From: Methanoregula sp.
GTDB taxonomy: Archaea; Halobacteriota; Methanomicrobia; Methanomicrobiales; Methanospirillaceae
DNA length: 64,000 nucleotides
Reading direction: 5' to 3'
NCBI GenBank assembly: GCA_039698055.1
Contig: JBDKTL010000027.1
Location: forward strand, 64,001 to 128,000
Shown here: positions 1-10,285 of the stretch, in pieces
Numbering within the stretch: position 1 is the stretch's first letter
Layout of the letters: every line of letters starts with the position of its first letter
Position numbers and translations under genes: made by a program
Notes under the pieces: model-generated
What the model was told of the DNA's origin: nothing
Seen by the model: the letters and a program-made list of their open reading frames with translations, nothing else
Databases searched by the model: none

Positions 1-971
1 AAAAGCGCGATTGAATCCGAAGACATTCCCCTGGTGACCGCCAGTCTCCGGAAATTATGATAGGTGCTTTTTTTCGATGTCAGTAACGATAGCCGGAGCC
101 CGAAAAAGATGGGTTCGATGTCGTTTGGGTACTGCGTGATCAGCTGGTTTACGACACCCGCAGCGCCCCCGGCATCGCGGTTCTCGATCTTGAAATAATA
201 CATCTCGCGCAAAAAGTCGATATCCGTATAGAACCGTTCGGTTCCGATCTGGATCAGTTCTTTGCGGATGTCGGTGTTTTTTGTTATCACCGCATTTTTC
301 AGGCCGATCTGGATGAACCATTTCTCGTTAGGGAACCATTGCAGGCTCAGGCGTATCATCTGCCAGAAAATCGTATGTAAAAAAGTGGGATCTTCGATCT
401 GCACCTGGCTGAGCCGGAACACCGGTGGTTTGACCCGTGCGAGGTCAAGCAGTTTCTCCCGTGCCAGGAGTTCCAGCTCGTTTGGCCGGTGAATTTTGGT
501 CATTTCATCCAGTGCATTGACTTCACGAAGCGACAGCCTGTAATAGCAGTGCGCCACCGCGGTGCCAAGGAGCGTGTCAAGATGCCAGTAATTTTTCAGA
601 TACTCCAGTGCATGCGCATGGTCCCCGTTCTTGAGCAGTTTTAATCCAACGACAATGTGGATGCCCATTTCAGAATCTTTTTTCTTCTTCTGGCGCAGTG
701 CATTCTGCATCACTTTTTTTACATACTCAAAATCTGCACTGTTCGGACTGGCATCCAGGACCTTAAACGTGATATCGTCAAGAAACGCATCGAATGCATC
801 GGCGGAAATTTTCGGAAAAGAATTCTCCAGTGCCGAGATTACGTAACCGTAAAACACCGGGAGGTTCACATCTATTTTTTCGGTATTGCGTTCGATATAT
901 CCAAAGAAATCTTTTCTCAACAGGTTGAGCTTATCGTAGATGATGGCTTCGGATAACGTCTCGTCCTGCAT
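1..971 (-). CDS. Hypothetical alpha-helical (TPR-like) protein, runs off the left edge (3'-partial)
   Basis: Hand translation from ATG at 971 (MQDETLSEAIIYDKLNLLRKDFFGYIERN...) stays open to position 1. Absent from the ORF track because no stop lies in the window. Confidence 0.8.
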   Translation of the reverse strand, partial: MQDETLSEAIIYDKLNLLRKDFFGYIERNTEKIDVNLPVFYGYVISALENSFPKISADAFDAFLDDITFKVLDASPNSADFEYVKKVMQNALRQKKKKDSEMGIHIVVGLKLLKNGDHAHALEYLKNYWHLDTLLGTAVAHCYYRLSLREVNALDEMTKIHRPNELELLAREKLLDLARVKPPVFRLSQVQIEDPTFLHTIFWQMIRLSLQWFPNEKWFIQIGLKNAVITKNTDIRKELIQIGTERFYTDIDFLREMYYFKIENRDAGGAAGVVNQLITQYPNDIEPIFFGLRLSLLTSKKSTYHNFRRLAVTRGMSSDSIAL

Positions 972-1018
972 ATAAAGTGAATTGATTTTGCAGATATTTA
1001 AGAGTTTGAATCTTTTTT

Positions 1019-2791
1019 TCACTCATCGTCTGCGGTATAGTAATAGAATTCGCCCCTGGCTTTCTGCTCCCGGTCAAGGAACGAATCGGGTTTGTTGATC
1101 CGGGGCCGGCCGGTCTGGTCCCTCCGGAACGTGACGTCGAGTTCTTTTAAGAACCGGTTCATCCCCTCCCGCATGGGAAACGGCCCGGCAGCGGTTCCGG
1201 AAACGCCCGGTTCTCCTTCAAAGACGAGGATCCGCTCGCTGATCATATCGATGAGATAGATGTCGTGGTCGATGACAAGGATTCCCTCTTCTTTTCCTTC
1301 CGCATGGTGCCTGATCATCCGGGTCACTTTTACCCGCTGTTCGACATCGAGGTGGGCGCTTGGTTCGTCAAGGATGTACAAGTCTGCATCCCTTGAAAGG
1401 CATGCGGCAATACTGACCCGCTGGAGTTCTCCCCCGCTCAGCGTATCCACCGGGGACTGGAGGATGGGTTCAAGGGATAAGGATTCGATGATCTCGTGCT
1501 GGTAATAGGAAGTATCAAATTTGGTCGTGCACTGGCGCAGGTACATTTCCACGGAATCGGACGTCTCTGCTTTGATATACTGGGGTTTATAGGAGATCCG
1601 CAGCTTGAGGTCCATGGTTCCCGTATCAGGTTTTTCTTCCCCGGCAAGGAGCTTGGCAAAGGTACTCTTTCCCATGCCGTTTGCACCCACAACGCCCAGC
1701 ACTTCCCCCGCTTTAATCGTGCCCCCGGATACCGTGAGACCAAACGTCTCGTACTGGCGGGTCATTGCAGGAATCTCAACGAGATCTTCACGTTTGGATC
1801 CTTTCAGGTGGGCCCGTTTCTCAAACACGACTGCCGTGTCACGGAACCGGACGTTCTCTTCTGCAAGATACCCTTCAAGGTACTGGTTGATGCCCACCCG
1901 CACACCTTTGGGCCGGGTGATAATACCAAAGACGGCGGGTTTGCCGTACCCGACATGAACCGTGTCGGCAAGCATGTCAAGGATGGCAAGATCGTGCTCG
2001 ACAATGACCACCGGGCGCTGCGCCGCAAGTTCGCGGATCAGTTTTGCCGCAGAAATACGCTGGTAGATGTCGAGGAACGGCGTGATCTCATCGAGGAAAT
2101 AGAGATCGGCATTCCGGGCAAGGCATGCCGCGATTGCCACCCGCTGGAGTTCCCCCCCGCTCAGCGTACTGATATGGTGATCGAGGATCGCATCGAGTTT
2201 GAGCGCCGCCGTGATCTCGGCAAGTTTGCTGCGCTCATCGGTTGTTTTCAGCAGGGCATCGACCGTCCCGGTAAACACTTTCGGGATAAAATCGATATAC
2301 TGGGGTTTTATTGCAATTTTCAGGCTCTTTTTTGAGACGGTCTGGAGATAATCAAAGAGTTCGGTGCCGGCATACTGTTTCAGGATCTCGTCCCATGCAA
2401 CTTCGTTGTCGAAGTTCCCGAGATTCGGGTGGAGTTGCCCGGACAGGATTTTTACCGCGGTGCTTTTCCCGATACCGTTGGCACCGAGAATACCGGTGAC
2501 TTTTCCTGGCGAGGGGATCGGCAGTCCATAAAGCGCAAAACCATTTTTGCCGTACCGGTGGGTAGGGTGCTCGAGCTCTTCAGGAAGGCTCACAATGTCT
2601 ATCGCGTCAAACGGGCATTTTTTGATGCAGATCCCGCAGCCGACACAGAGCTCTTCAGATATCACCGCCCTGCCGTCTTCACCGATAATGACCGTCTCGT
2701 CACCGGTCCTGACCCGGGGGCAGTAGATGATGCATTCGGTGCCGCACTTTTTTGCGTGACACCGGTCTTTGTGCACAATAGCAATTCTCAT
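1019..2791 (-). CDS. rli: ABCE1/RLI ribosome-recycling ATPase
   Basis: N-terminal Fe-S motifs (CHAKKC..CIIYCP, CVGCGICIKKCP). Two ABC domains (GANGIGKST, GANGMGKST, LSGGELQR twice). Confidence 0.97.
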   Translation of the reverse strand: MRIAIVHKDRCHAKKCGTECIIYCPRVRTGDETVIIGEDGRAVISEELCVGCGICIKKCPFDAIDIVSLPEELEHPTHRYGKNGFALYGLPIPSPGKVTGILGANGIGKSTAVKILSGQLHPNLGNFDNEVAWDEILKQYAGTELFDYLQTVSKKSLKIAIKPQYIDFIPKVFTGTVDALLKTTDERSKLAEITAALKLDAILDHHISTLSGGELQRVAIAACLARNADLYFLDEITPFLDIYQRISAAKLIRELAAQRPVVIVEHDLAILDMLADTVHVGYGKPAVFGIITRPKGVRVGINQYLEGYLAEENVRFRDTAVVFEKRAHLKGSKREDLVEIPAMTRQYETFGLTVSGGTIKAGEVLGVVGANGMGKSTFAKLLAGEEKPDTGTMDLKLRISYKPQYIKAETSDSVEMYLRQCTTKFDTSYYQHEIIESLSLEPILQSPVDTLSGGELQRVSIAACLSRDADLYILDEPSAHLDVEQRVKVTRMIRHHAEGKEEGILVIDHDIYLIDMISERILVFEGEPGVSGTAAGPFPMREGMNRFLKELDVTFRRDQTGRPRINKPDSFLDREQKARGEFYYYTADDE

Positions 2792-2815
2792 GGGGATCAG
2801 AAAAACCTTAAAAAA

Positions 2816-3169
2816 TTATGCCGGCAGGGCGGTCAGCAGGATGGTCCATGTCATAAACCAGAACGCAAAGGTCATGAATCCCTGGTAAAACCAGTCTTTG
2901 GCACCAAGTGTCGTGTTGGTAAAATGAAGGAGCATAAAGATATGTTTCTGGACAACGACTCCCGCAAGCATCAGCATAAACGCCAGGAGCCCGATGTCCT
3001 TTCCCGAGATGCCGCTCAGGTAAAACGACAGGATCCCCGCAGCAATACCAATAAGGCAGGCAGTGAGAGTCCGTTTGATCCGGTCAATATGTTCGACCTG
3101 TTTTTCCTGTTTTGATTTTTGCTTTTTCGTCAGCACCGGCGGCTGCTCTTCGTGAATTTCTTCGGTCAT
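2816..3169 (-). CDS. Archaeal EMC6-like small membrane protein
   Basis: 117 aa with 3 TM segments and C-terminal KDWFYQGFMTFAFWFMTWTILL. Lies directly upstream of ABCE1. Confidence 0.75.
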   Translation of the reverse strand: MTEEIHEEQPPVLTKKQKSKQEKQVEHIDRIKRTLTACLIGIAAGILSFYLSGISGKDIGLLAFMLMLAGVVVQKHIFMLLHFTNTTLGAKDWFYQGFMTFAFWFMTWTILLTALPA

Positions 3170-3229
3170 CCCGGTACACCAGTAGTCTTATTTTTTAGTG
3201 CGCAAGCCATATGTAATTTGGTACACCCC

Positions 3230-5113
3230 ATGGCAACCGAACAGGGTATGAGCGGCATCGACACAAAGGCGATCACCCAGGAACTCTGCGAGAAGCTGCC
3301 GCTCTGGATCGACAAGGTCTACCAGTTCGACAGCCGCACGCTCGGTATCCGGCTCAATGGCGACGAGCATGCAAAATACCTGTTCCTCATCGAATCCGGC
3401 CGCCGGGCACATATCGTCGAGACTTTCCCGGCAGCACCCAAGAACCCGCCCCAGTATGCCATGTTCCTGCGGAAATATCTCTCCGGCGGCAAAGTGCTAG
3501 CGATCCGGCAGCATGGTCTTGAGCGGATTCTCATTTTTGATATCGGCAAAGGCCAGCTCGTCTACCGGCTCATCATCGAGCTCTTTGATGAGGGCAACAT
3601 GATCCTGACGGATGAATCCTACAAGATTATCAAACCGCTCCGTCACCACCGGTTCAAGGACCGGGATATTATCCCGAATGCAATCTACACGATGGGCGAA
3701 ACCGATCCAACCGGTTCTCTTGAATCTCTTGCCGGCACCTTAAAAAACGATGACCGTGACCTCGTGCGGGCCCTTGCAATCGCCGGGATGCTCGGCGGGA
3801 CGTACGCAGAATATGTCTGCACATCGGCCGGTGTCGACAAGGCGATTCCCGCGTCATCTGCCGATCCGGCACCGGTTTTTGCCGCCATCCAGCGATTGTT
3901 TGACAAGGTCCTGCATGCACAAAACCCGGTCGTTTCTGCAAAAAGCTGTGAGCCGGTTGCCCTGTCAGACACGGCAGAAAAAAGTGGTTTTGGGAGTTTT
4001 TCAAAAGCCCTTGAAACATTTTTCCCGATAACAAAAGCCGAGAAAAAAAAGGCGGCGGTGCCAAAAATATCGGGCGCTGAAAAGATCCGCAAATACCAGC
4101 AGGACGCGATAAAAAAATTTGATAACCGGGTGGCAAAGACCCAGGAGATCGTAGCGCTTATCTATGAAAATTATTCGCTCATATCGGAGGTCATTGCCAC
4201 CTTTGATGCCGCGAGCCGGAAACATTCGTGGCAGGAGATCGAGGCCATCCTTGCGGCACACCCCTCTACCCTGACAAAAAAAATCGTGGCTGTCCACCCG
4301 GATGAAGCATCGGTGGAACTTGACCTTGGACAAAAAGTGAAAATCTTTGTCCACGAGAACGTCGAGCAGAATGCCCAGCGCTATTACGCAATCATCAAAA
4401 AATACAAGCACAAAAAAGAGGGGGCTCTTATCGCGATGGCAAAACCCCTGCCGAAAAAGAAGGCAGTGCGGCATGATATTGTTGTGATGAAAAAACTGTG
4501 GTACCACCGGTTCCGCTGGTTTGTCACGAGCGACGGGGTTGTTGTCCTTGGCGGCAGGGATGCCTCGCAGAACGAGGAACTGGTCAAAAAATACATGGCC
4601 GGCGGCGATCTGTTCGTCCACGCGGATGTGCATGGCGCAAGTGTCGTCATCGTCAAGGGAAAGACGGAGCGGATGGATGAAGTAGCCCAGTTTGCCGCGT
4701 CCTATTCCGGTGCATGGCGCAGCGGGCATTTTTCCGCCGACGTATATAGTGCCTTGCCAAACCAGGTCAGTAAAACGCCCCAGTCAGGAGAGTTTGTCTC
4801 ACGCGGTTCCTTTATTGTCAGGGGAGAACGCACCTATTACCGGAATGTACCGGTCGCCGTTGGTATTGCACTGGTCATAGAACCGGCGGCGGCACTTATC
4901 GGGGGACCACCCTCTGCCATAAAGGGACGCGGGAAGGTTTACGTGGAACTCAGGCCCGGCCAGTTTGAGCCAAACGATGTCGCCAAAAAAGTGCTGCGCA
5001 TCATACGGGATCGCATTACCGATGACGAGGAGAAAGCACTCAAAGGTGTCCTGAACACGGAAAAGGTTGCGGCATTTGTTCCGCCCGGGGGATCGGATAT
5101 TTTAGAGGTGTGA
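3230..5113 (+). CDS. rqcH: Ribosome quality control protein RqcH/Rqc2 (NFACT family)
   Basis: NFACT-N (FAMxLRK-like YAMFLRKYL, ELFDEGN), coiled coil, and NFACT-R (WYHRFRWF, GGRDASQNE, HADVHGAS). Start moved to MATEQGMS. Confidence 0.93.
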   Translation: MATEQGMSGIDTKAITQELCEKLPLWIDKVYQFDSRTLGIRLNGDEHAKYLFLIESGRRAHIVETFPAAPKNPPQYAMFLRKYLSGGKVLAIRQHGLERILIFDIGKGQLVYRLIIELFDEGNMILTDESYKIIKPLRHHRFKDRDIIPNAIYTMGETDPTGSLESLAGTLKNDDRDLVRALAIAGMLGGTYAEYVCTSAGVDKAIPASSADPAPVFAAIQRLFDKVLHAQNPVVSAKSCEPVALSDTAEKSGFGSFSKALETFFPITKAEKKKAAVPKISGAEKIRKYQQDAIKKFDNRVAKTQEIVALIYENYSLISEVIATFDAASRKHSWQEIEAILAAHPSTLTKKIVAVHPDEASVELDLGQKVKIFVHENVEQNAQRYYAIIKKYKHKKEGALIAMAKPLPKKKAVRHDIVVMKKLWYHRFRWFVTSDGVVVLGGRDASQNEELVKKYMAGGDLFVHADVHGASVVIVKGKTERMDEVAQFAASYSGAWRSGHFSADVYSALPNQVSKTPQSGEFVSRGSFIVRGERTYYRNVPVAVGIALVIEPAAALIGGPPSAIKGRGKVYVELRPGQFEPNDVAKKVLRIIRDRITDDEEKALKGVLNTEKVAAFVPPGGSDILEV

Positions 5114-5114
5114 C

Positions 5115-6143
5115 ATGAAAGCCGAGTACGGTGACCTCAAAAATAATGCCGGCGAGATCCGGCTCCTCCCGGAGAGCATCGACGATCTCTGGCATTTGCA
5201 GCACCTTGTCGCACCCGGAGACCTTGTTTTTGCAACAACGTTTCGGAGCGTCGATACCGCAACCGATAAGATCCGGCCCGAAAAAGTGGAAAAGCGCCCG
5301 GTCCGGCTGGGGATCCGGGCAGAACGGCTGGAGTTTTCCGAGCACGGGGTCAGGCTCCGCATCAGTGGTGTGATCGAAAATGGGATGGACTGCGGCGATT
5401 ATCACACGTTGAATGTGGAGACCGGGTACGAGATCTCGGTCATCAAACAGTGGCGCCCGGTCGATCTCGAACGGATTGAGCGTGCGGTAAAATCGTCCGT
5501 GTACGGGGTCATCCATATCCTTACCCTTGAAGAGGGCGAGGCAGAACTGTTCCGGCTCCGCCAGTACGGCCCCGAGAGCGTCATTGCCATCACCACGGGG
5601 AGCGGGAAAGGCGGCGAGAGCAACAACCGGACCGCTTTTTTCGATCAGGTCATGGGATACATCGCCGAGATTTCCGGGCCGCTGATCATAGCCGGCCCGG
5701 GTTTTATCAAGGACGATTTTGTCAGGTACGCAAAAAACCATAATTGCACCCCTGCAGAACGGGCGATTGTGGTGGAAACCCGCCGGATCGGGCGTGGGGC
5801 GGTGCAGGACGTGATTGGTGCCGGTGCGCTGGAAAAACTGATTGACGATCTCCAGCTCTCCCGGGAAGTAAAACTCATGAATGAAGTTCTGCTGCGGATC
5901 TCACAGGACGGTGCAGTGGCGTACGGAAAAAGCGAAGTGCAGAATGCGATTGAGATGGGCGCTGTACAGGAAATACTTCTTACCGATGCCCTGTTGCGGG
6001 ATTCTGCAATTATGCACATGGTGGAAAAAGCAGAACAGATGCAGGCTAAAATTGTGGTGCTTTCGACACAATTTGAACCCGGTGAACGGCTGGATGCACT
6101 GGGTGGGATTGCGGCGCTGCTCCGGTATAAGATGGTGAAATAA
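5115..6143 (+). CDS. pelA: mRNA surveillance protein Pelota
   Basis: PESIDDLWHL, GDYHTL, AGPGFIKD, AVAYG and LGGIAALLRY motifs. 1-nt gap after rqcH. Confidence 0.95.
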   Translation: MKAEYGDLKNNAGEIRLLPESIDDLWHLQHLVAPGDLVFATTFRSVDTATDKIRPEKVEKRPVRLGIRAERLEFSEHGVRLRISGVIENGMDCGDYHTLNVETGYEISVIKQWRPVDLERIERAVKSSVYGVIHILTLEEGEAELFRLRQYGPESVIAITTGSGKGGESNNRTAFFDQVMGYIAEISGPLIIAGPGFIKDDFVRYAKNHNCTPAERAIVVETRRIGRGAVQDVIGAGALEKLIDDLQLSREVKLMNEVLLRISQDGAVAYGKSEVQNAIEMGAVQEILLTDALLRDSAIMHMVEKAEQMQAKIVVLSTQFEPGERLDALGGIAALLRYKMVK

Positions 6144-6206
6144 AAGGTACCGTATTACATGGATTAACGTTTTTTAAAAAGAAAAAAAAATTGATCGAAA
6201 AAAAAT

Positions 6207-6887
6207 TTATTCTTCTGCTTTGATTTCCGGTTTCTTGTAGGACTCAACAAGGACAATCTCGGAAATCCCCTTGATCTGCTCGAATGCCTCGTGGAGGATT
6301 CTTCCCCGCCACAGGAGCCACCGTCGGTCGTAGTTGATGCCGGATGGGAGTGTGACCGTTACCTTGCCATCGTCAAGACTCATCTCCATTGCTTTTCCCG
6401 CATAGAGCTGGACAAGTCCCTTGAGCTGCTCGACCGGGTCCGTGACGGCTTCTTCAATCTTGTAATGGTAGACAAGGGTCTGGCCTGCAAGGGGTGCATT
6501 AAAATCGACGATGACCTTTGAACCGATGACATCGACAACCGTGCCTTCGCCCATCTCCTCAAGGTTCACCCGCATGCCGCGAGCCGGTTTGTCCTTGAAC
6601 TTGTTCTTCGGGTAGGACTGGATACGCTTGGGGTCGCGCTCGCCAAACGCTTTCTCGGGTGCAATCGTAACATCCGTTTCAGTACCGACTTTCTTGCCGA
6701 CAAGATCTTCATCAAGACCCAGCACGACATGCTTCTGGCCGACACAGATCGTGACCGGGCCATAGATTGCATTCGGGCTGTGGATACCGGCGCTCTTTGC
6801 CTCGTCCTCACTGGTGGTATCAAAGACGATGCCATCTGCACTGCCGGTATAACTGATTTTAACAAAATCTCCTTCGTTAATTGCCAT
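6207..6887 (-). CDS. Long-type archaeal FKBP peptidyl-prolyl isomerase (SlyD-like)
   Basis: GDFVKISYTG, FDTT, PEKAFGERDP and VDFNAPLAG motifs, plus a C-terminal extension. Confidence 0.92.
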   Translation of the reverse strand: MAINEGDFVKISYTGSADGIVFDTTSEDEAKSAGIHSPNAIYGPVTICVGQKHVVLGLDEDLVGKKVGTETDVTIAPEKAFGERDPKRIQSYPKNKFKDKPARGMRVNLEEMGEGTVVDVIGSKVIVDFNAPLAGQTLVYHYKIEEAVTDPVEQLKGLVQLYAGKAMEMSLDDGKVTVTLPSGINYDRRWLLWRGRILHEAFEQIKGISEIVLVESYKKPEIKAEE

Positions 6888-6941
6888 ACTTCACCTGACT
6901 ATATTAAATCGCAACAGGAACAGATAAAAGTGTGGCACACT

Positions 6942-7484
6942 ATGCTTGAAATTGAATTAAAAGCACGGGTGGATTCGCTCGATCCCGTACGCCGTGAGTT
7001 AATCAAGCGGGAAGCAATATCGCGTGGAAGGCAGCACGAGCACGATATTTACTACAACGCTCCCCACCGGGATTTTGGAAAAACGGATGAAGCGCTCAGG
7101 GTACGCTATACCAACGACCATGCCGTCGTTACGTACAAGGGCGCAAAACTCAGGCAGTATGGCCTCAAAGCCCGCGAGGAACTCAACTTTGCGGTTGAAT
7201 CCGGAGAACTCTTCGAGCAGATGCTCGACCGGCTGGGTTTTTTGAAAACCGCTGAAGTCAACAAGTGGCGGGAAAATTTCCAGCTCAAAGAAGCCGCCGT
7301 CTCGCTCGACATGGTCGATGAACTGGGCACCTTTGTTGAAATCGAGATCATGACAAAAGCCGATAATGCCACAGCCACCGATCAGATCCAGAAAATTGCA
7401 AAAGAGATTGGTGTAAAAGGCGAGCCGATCCTCGCCTCCTATCTTGAACTTTTACTCTCTAAACGGTCAGAAGTTCAACCTTGA
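6942..7484 (+). CDS. cyaB: CYTH-domain protein (class IV adenylate cyclase CyaB-like)
   Basis: N-terminal ExExK (EIELK), DEALRVR, TYKG and GTFVEIE. Confidence 0.88.
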   Translation: MLEIELKARVDSLDPVRRELIKREAISRGRQHEHDIYYNAPHRDFGKTDEALRVRYTNDHAVVTYKGAKLRQYGLKAREELNFAVESGELFEQMLDRLGFLKTAEVNKWRENFQLKEAAVSLDMVDELGTFVEIEIMTKADNATATDQIQKIAKEIGVKGEPILASYLELLLSKRSEVQP

Positions 7485-8100
7485 TATCCCGTGCCTCTGT
7501 CCCGAAGTGGAGCATTGCACAGTAGCCGTCCATCGCGGCACCGGGGTTTACTATTTTTACACCGTCAACATCCATCACGCCACGCTGCTCGTGAATGTGA
7601 GCGCAGCAGACCAGATCAAACTCTTTCATGTGGCGGCGGATGCTCTGGCTGCCTACATGCTCGCCTTTGATCAGGTCGAGTGTCTCGAATGGCGGAGCGT
7701 GCGTGAGAAGGACGTTATGAACGGTTTTTTCCATCTTTGATATCGCACCGTGCAGCAGGTCATCGATCTGCTTGTCGGTCAGCTCAAACGGGGTTCCAAA
7801 CGGTGTGGGATTCGATCCGCCAACGCCGACAATAGTCATTTTCCCCAGGTTGATCTGGTTCCCATGAAGGCATACGGTGTCCGAATGTTCAATCGTATCG
7901 ATGATCTCACGAGGGTCACAGTTTCCGGGCACTGCAAAGCAGGGGACGTCGATGCGTGAAAGCACCTCATCAACGGAATCCACGGGACCCATATTGGTGA
8001 TATCGCCAGCAATAAATACCGCTTCCGGACTCAAATCCAGAAATGAATCAATTTTACCGAATTGACCATGGAGATCTGCTATCAAAAGCACATCTTTCAT
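7459..8100 (-). CDS. Calcineurin-like metallophosphoesterase
   Basis: DLH, GD, GNCD, THAPP and AHIHE motifs. Confidence 0.9.
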   Translation of the reverse strand: MKDVLLIADLHGQFGKIDSFLDLSPEAVFIAGDITNMGPVDSVDEVLSRIDVPCFAVPGNCDPREIIDTIEHSDTVCLHGNQINLGKMTIVGVGGSNPTPFGTPFELTDKQIDDLLHGAISKMEKTVHNVLLTHAPPFETLDLIKGEHVGSQSIRRHMKEFDLVCCAHIHEQRGVMDVDGVKIVNPGAAMDGYCAMLHFGTEARDIKVELLTV

Positions 8101-9215
8101 GGTATATCATTTGAAGGATGTCTAAAAAACCTTATCTCAGGTTCGTTCCACGAACCGGACAGTTTCCCCGAGAGAGCAAGTCTCCCGCAGCATTTTTCGG
8201 TGTCAGGAAGCAGGGATCGCGCACGGGTTCCGGCAAGCATCGTCCCGGGGAGAGGAATAAACCGGTGGGCGTGAACCTGCCCGTGCCGGGCCACCCACTG
8301 CATTGCCGTGACCGTTTCCCGCTGGTTTTCATCCGTTTCAAACGGGAACCCCAGGATAAAGTCAACAATCGGGGTAATGCCGTGACCCGTGCAGAGCTCG
8401 ATGGCACGGACGACATCTTCCCATGTGTGCCCCCGGTGCAGGTGTGCAAGCGTAGTGTTACTTCCTGACTGGGCCCCGAAATGGAGTTTTGTATTGGCAC
8501 AGTACCCGGTAATAAGTTCAAGGGACCGGTCGCAGACAAACTCGGGCCTGACCTCGCTTGGGAATGTACCAAAAAAGATCTGGCCGGACAGTTTTTTTAA
8601 AAGAGCCTCAACTTTTTCAAACCGGGGATGAACGCCGTCCGAACCGTATGCGAAGGCATTGGGGGTGACAAACCGTGCCTGCCCGTGCCGGTCCGCACAG
8701 GACACAATACGATCGATCGACCGGTGCCGCATGCAGTGCCCGAAGATCTGCGGCGTCTGGCAGTACCCGCAGGCAAACGGGCAGCCCCGGGAGATTTCGA
8801 TATATGCTTTTTGTTCGGTAAATGCCGGGTAGGCATCGAGCCGGACGCTGGAACCGGCAGGCTCGTAATAATTTCGGGTTGCAACCCCGGGAATATCCCC
8901 GTCCCTGCCCTGTTCCAGATCTTCAAGCAGCCGGGGCAGGGTATACTCCCCTTCACCGACAACGACGTAGTCAGCGTACTGTGCAACCGCCTGGTAACAG
9001 GCCGTCGCGTGCGGGCCTCCGACAATCGTGATACACTCTGCATCCCGGATCTCGTCCCGGTACGACGGTTCGTTGAGGGAATTTAACGAATAACAGGTCA
9101 CATCGCCGGCAGGATGGTCAGATATATAAAATTTCATCCCGGCAGATTCTCCGGCAGCAGAGAGCACGGCAAACGAATTCCGTGCTGCATGGATCTGTCG
9201 CCAGTTTACCCGCAT
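8097..9215 (-). CDS. B12-binding-like/radical SAM protein (archaeal MJ1487/TIGR04013-like)
   Basis: GGPHAT..VVGEGE N-terminal domain and CPFACGYC SAM motif. Confidence 0.85.
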   Translation of the reverse strand: MRVNWRQIHAARNSFAVLSAAGESAGMKFYISDHPAGDVTCYSLNSLNEPSYRDEIRDAECITIVGGPHATACYQAVAQYADYVVVGEGEYTLPRLLEDLEQGRDGDIPGVATRNYYEPAGSSVRLDAYPAFTEQKAYIEISRGCPFACGYCQTPQIFGHCMRHRSIDRIVSCADRHGQARFVTPNAFAYGSDGVHPRFEKVEALLKKLSGQIFFGTFPSEVRPEFVCDRSLELITGYCANTKLHFGAQSGSNTTLAHLHRGHTWEDVVRAIELCTGHGITPIVDFILGFPFETDENQRETVTAMQWVARHGQVHAHRFIPLPGTMLAGTRARSLLPDTEKCCGRLALSGKLSGSWNEPEIRFFRHPSNDIP

Positions 9216-9272
9216 GATAAAAAAAACCGTACCTAAAAAAAATATTTTTAAAATATTTCCTGGTATCCTGTC

Positions 9273-9770
9273 TTATTGCCGGGTGCGATACTCCCGTAAA
9301 ACATCCACGATCTTGTATAACTGGCCGTTGTTCATCGCGACCCAAACCTCAACACGGTCAGGTTGGCCCTGGAGGGATCCTGATCCCCGGGTCCCGTCGA
9401 GATCGACAAAATTACCCTTGTTGGACCCCAGGGTAAGTGTTTTGGTGGTCCCATCCGTCCGGGTCAATTTAACGTCGATTCTTTGAACATTTCCTTGCCC
9501 CATGCCTCCCTGGAACGTAACCGTAATCACGCCGTTATAATCCTTTTCCGCGACATCAACGGTCACCGCGTTATAACTTTCCATGGTCACAGTTGGCCCG
9601 ACAGTCAGGCTTGCACCGGTTTGTGACGATCCGGCTGTTGGTGAAGATGTGCCGGCAGCCGCTGGCGTGGATCCTTGTCCCGCCGTACCGGTCAGGGTTC
9701 CGGTGCATCCGGAGAATGCGATGAGTATGCAGAGACACGCAAGAACCGGAATGATCATGGTCGTCTTCAT
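9273..9770 (-). CDS. Predicted lipoprotein with Thr/Ser/Gly linker
   Basis: Hydrophobic signal ending in lipobox FSGC, a low-complexity linker and a beta-rich C-terminal domain. Confidence 0.75.
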   Translation of the reverse strand: MKTTMIIPVLACLCILIAFSGCTGTLTGTAGQGSTPAAAGTSSPTAGSSQTGASLTVGPTVTMESYNAVTVDVAEKDYNGVITVTFQGGMGQGNVQRIDVKLTRTDGTTKTLTLGSNKGNFVDLDGTRGSGSLQGQPDRVEVWVAMNNGQLYKIVDVLREYRTRQ

Positions 9771-9827
9771 AGTACCAGAAGATGAGGGAAAGAGCTATTT
9801 TATAATTGCGATCAAAAATAAAATTCG

Positions 9828-10241
9828 TTATTCACCCTGCAACGAGCCGTCATATTCCAGTTCGCCCGTAGTGCCGTTCACGGTAACCGGGGTATCGTTT
9901 TTCAGCCGGGACAACGGTATCTCAATCCGGTCGATCATCGGGATGTTGCCGATGATCGCACCCGTCGCAATAATGGTTTCAGCCTCGGCATTGATGATCG
10001 CAGCCGGTGCATGGCCGTTCTGGCTCATCGCGTACAGCACATACGATCCCACGGTCGATCCCTTGCCAAAGGGAAATGCCAGCACTTTCCCGGCAATGCT
10101 TGTGCCTTCCAGCGGATGGCCTTTCTCCACAATACAGCCGGTGTCCGGGTCAACACCCGACAAAAACGAGACCGGTGCAGGACTGACAAGCAGCCGTCCT
10201 CTTCCCACCCCCCGTGAAATACCGCGACCTTTGATGAGCAT
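9828..10241 (-). CDS. DUF126 aconitase X swivel subunit (phosphomevalonate dehydratase small subunit-like)
   Basis: SFLSGVDPDTG, HPLEG and GKGSTVGSYVL motifs. Confidence 0.88.
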   Translation of the reverse strand: MLIKGRGISRGVGRGRLLVSPAPVSFLSGVDPDTGCIVEKGHPLEGTSIAGKVLAFPFGKGSTVGSYVLYAMSQNGHAPAAIINAEAETIIATGAIIGNIPMIDRIEIPLSRLKNDTPVTVNGTTGELEYDGSLQGE

Positions 10242-10285
10242 AATCACACCACATAAATGGTTGAAAGTAAAGATATAAGATTAAT

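Noticed and set aside
3119-3229. N-terminal extensions given by the ORF track (rqcH here; likewise cyaB, tyrA, aroK-aroE, tpiA, GCS2, FBPase I, thiC, grpE)
   Set aside because: They overlap neighbouring genes or promoters. Downstream ATGs fit the family N-termini and SD or stop-start overlaps better.
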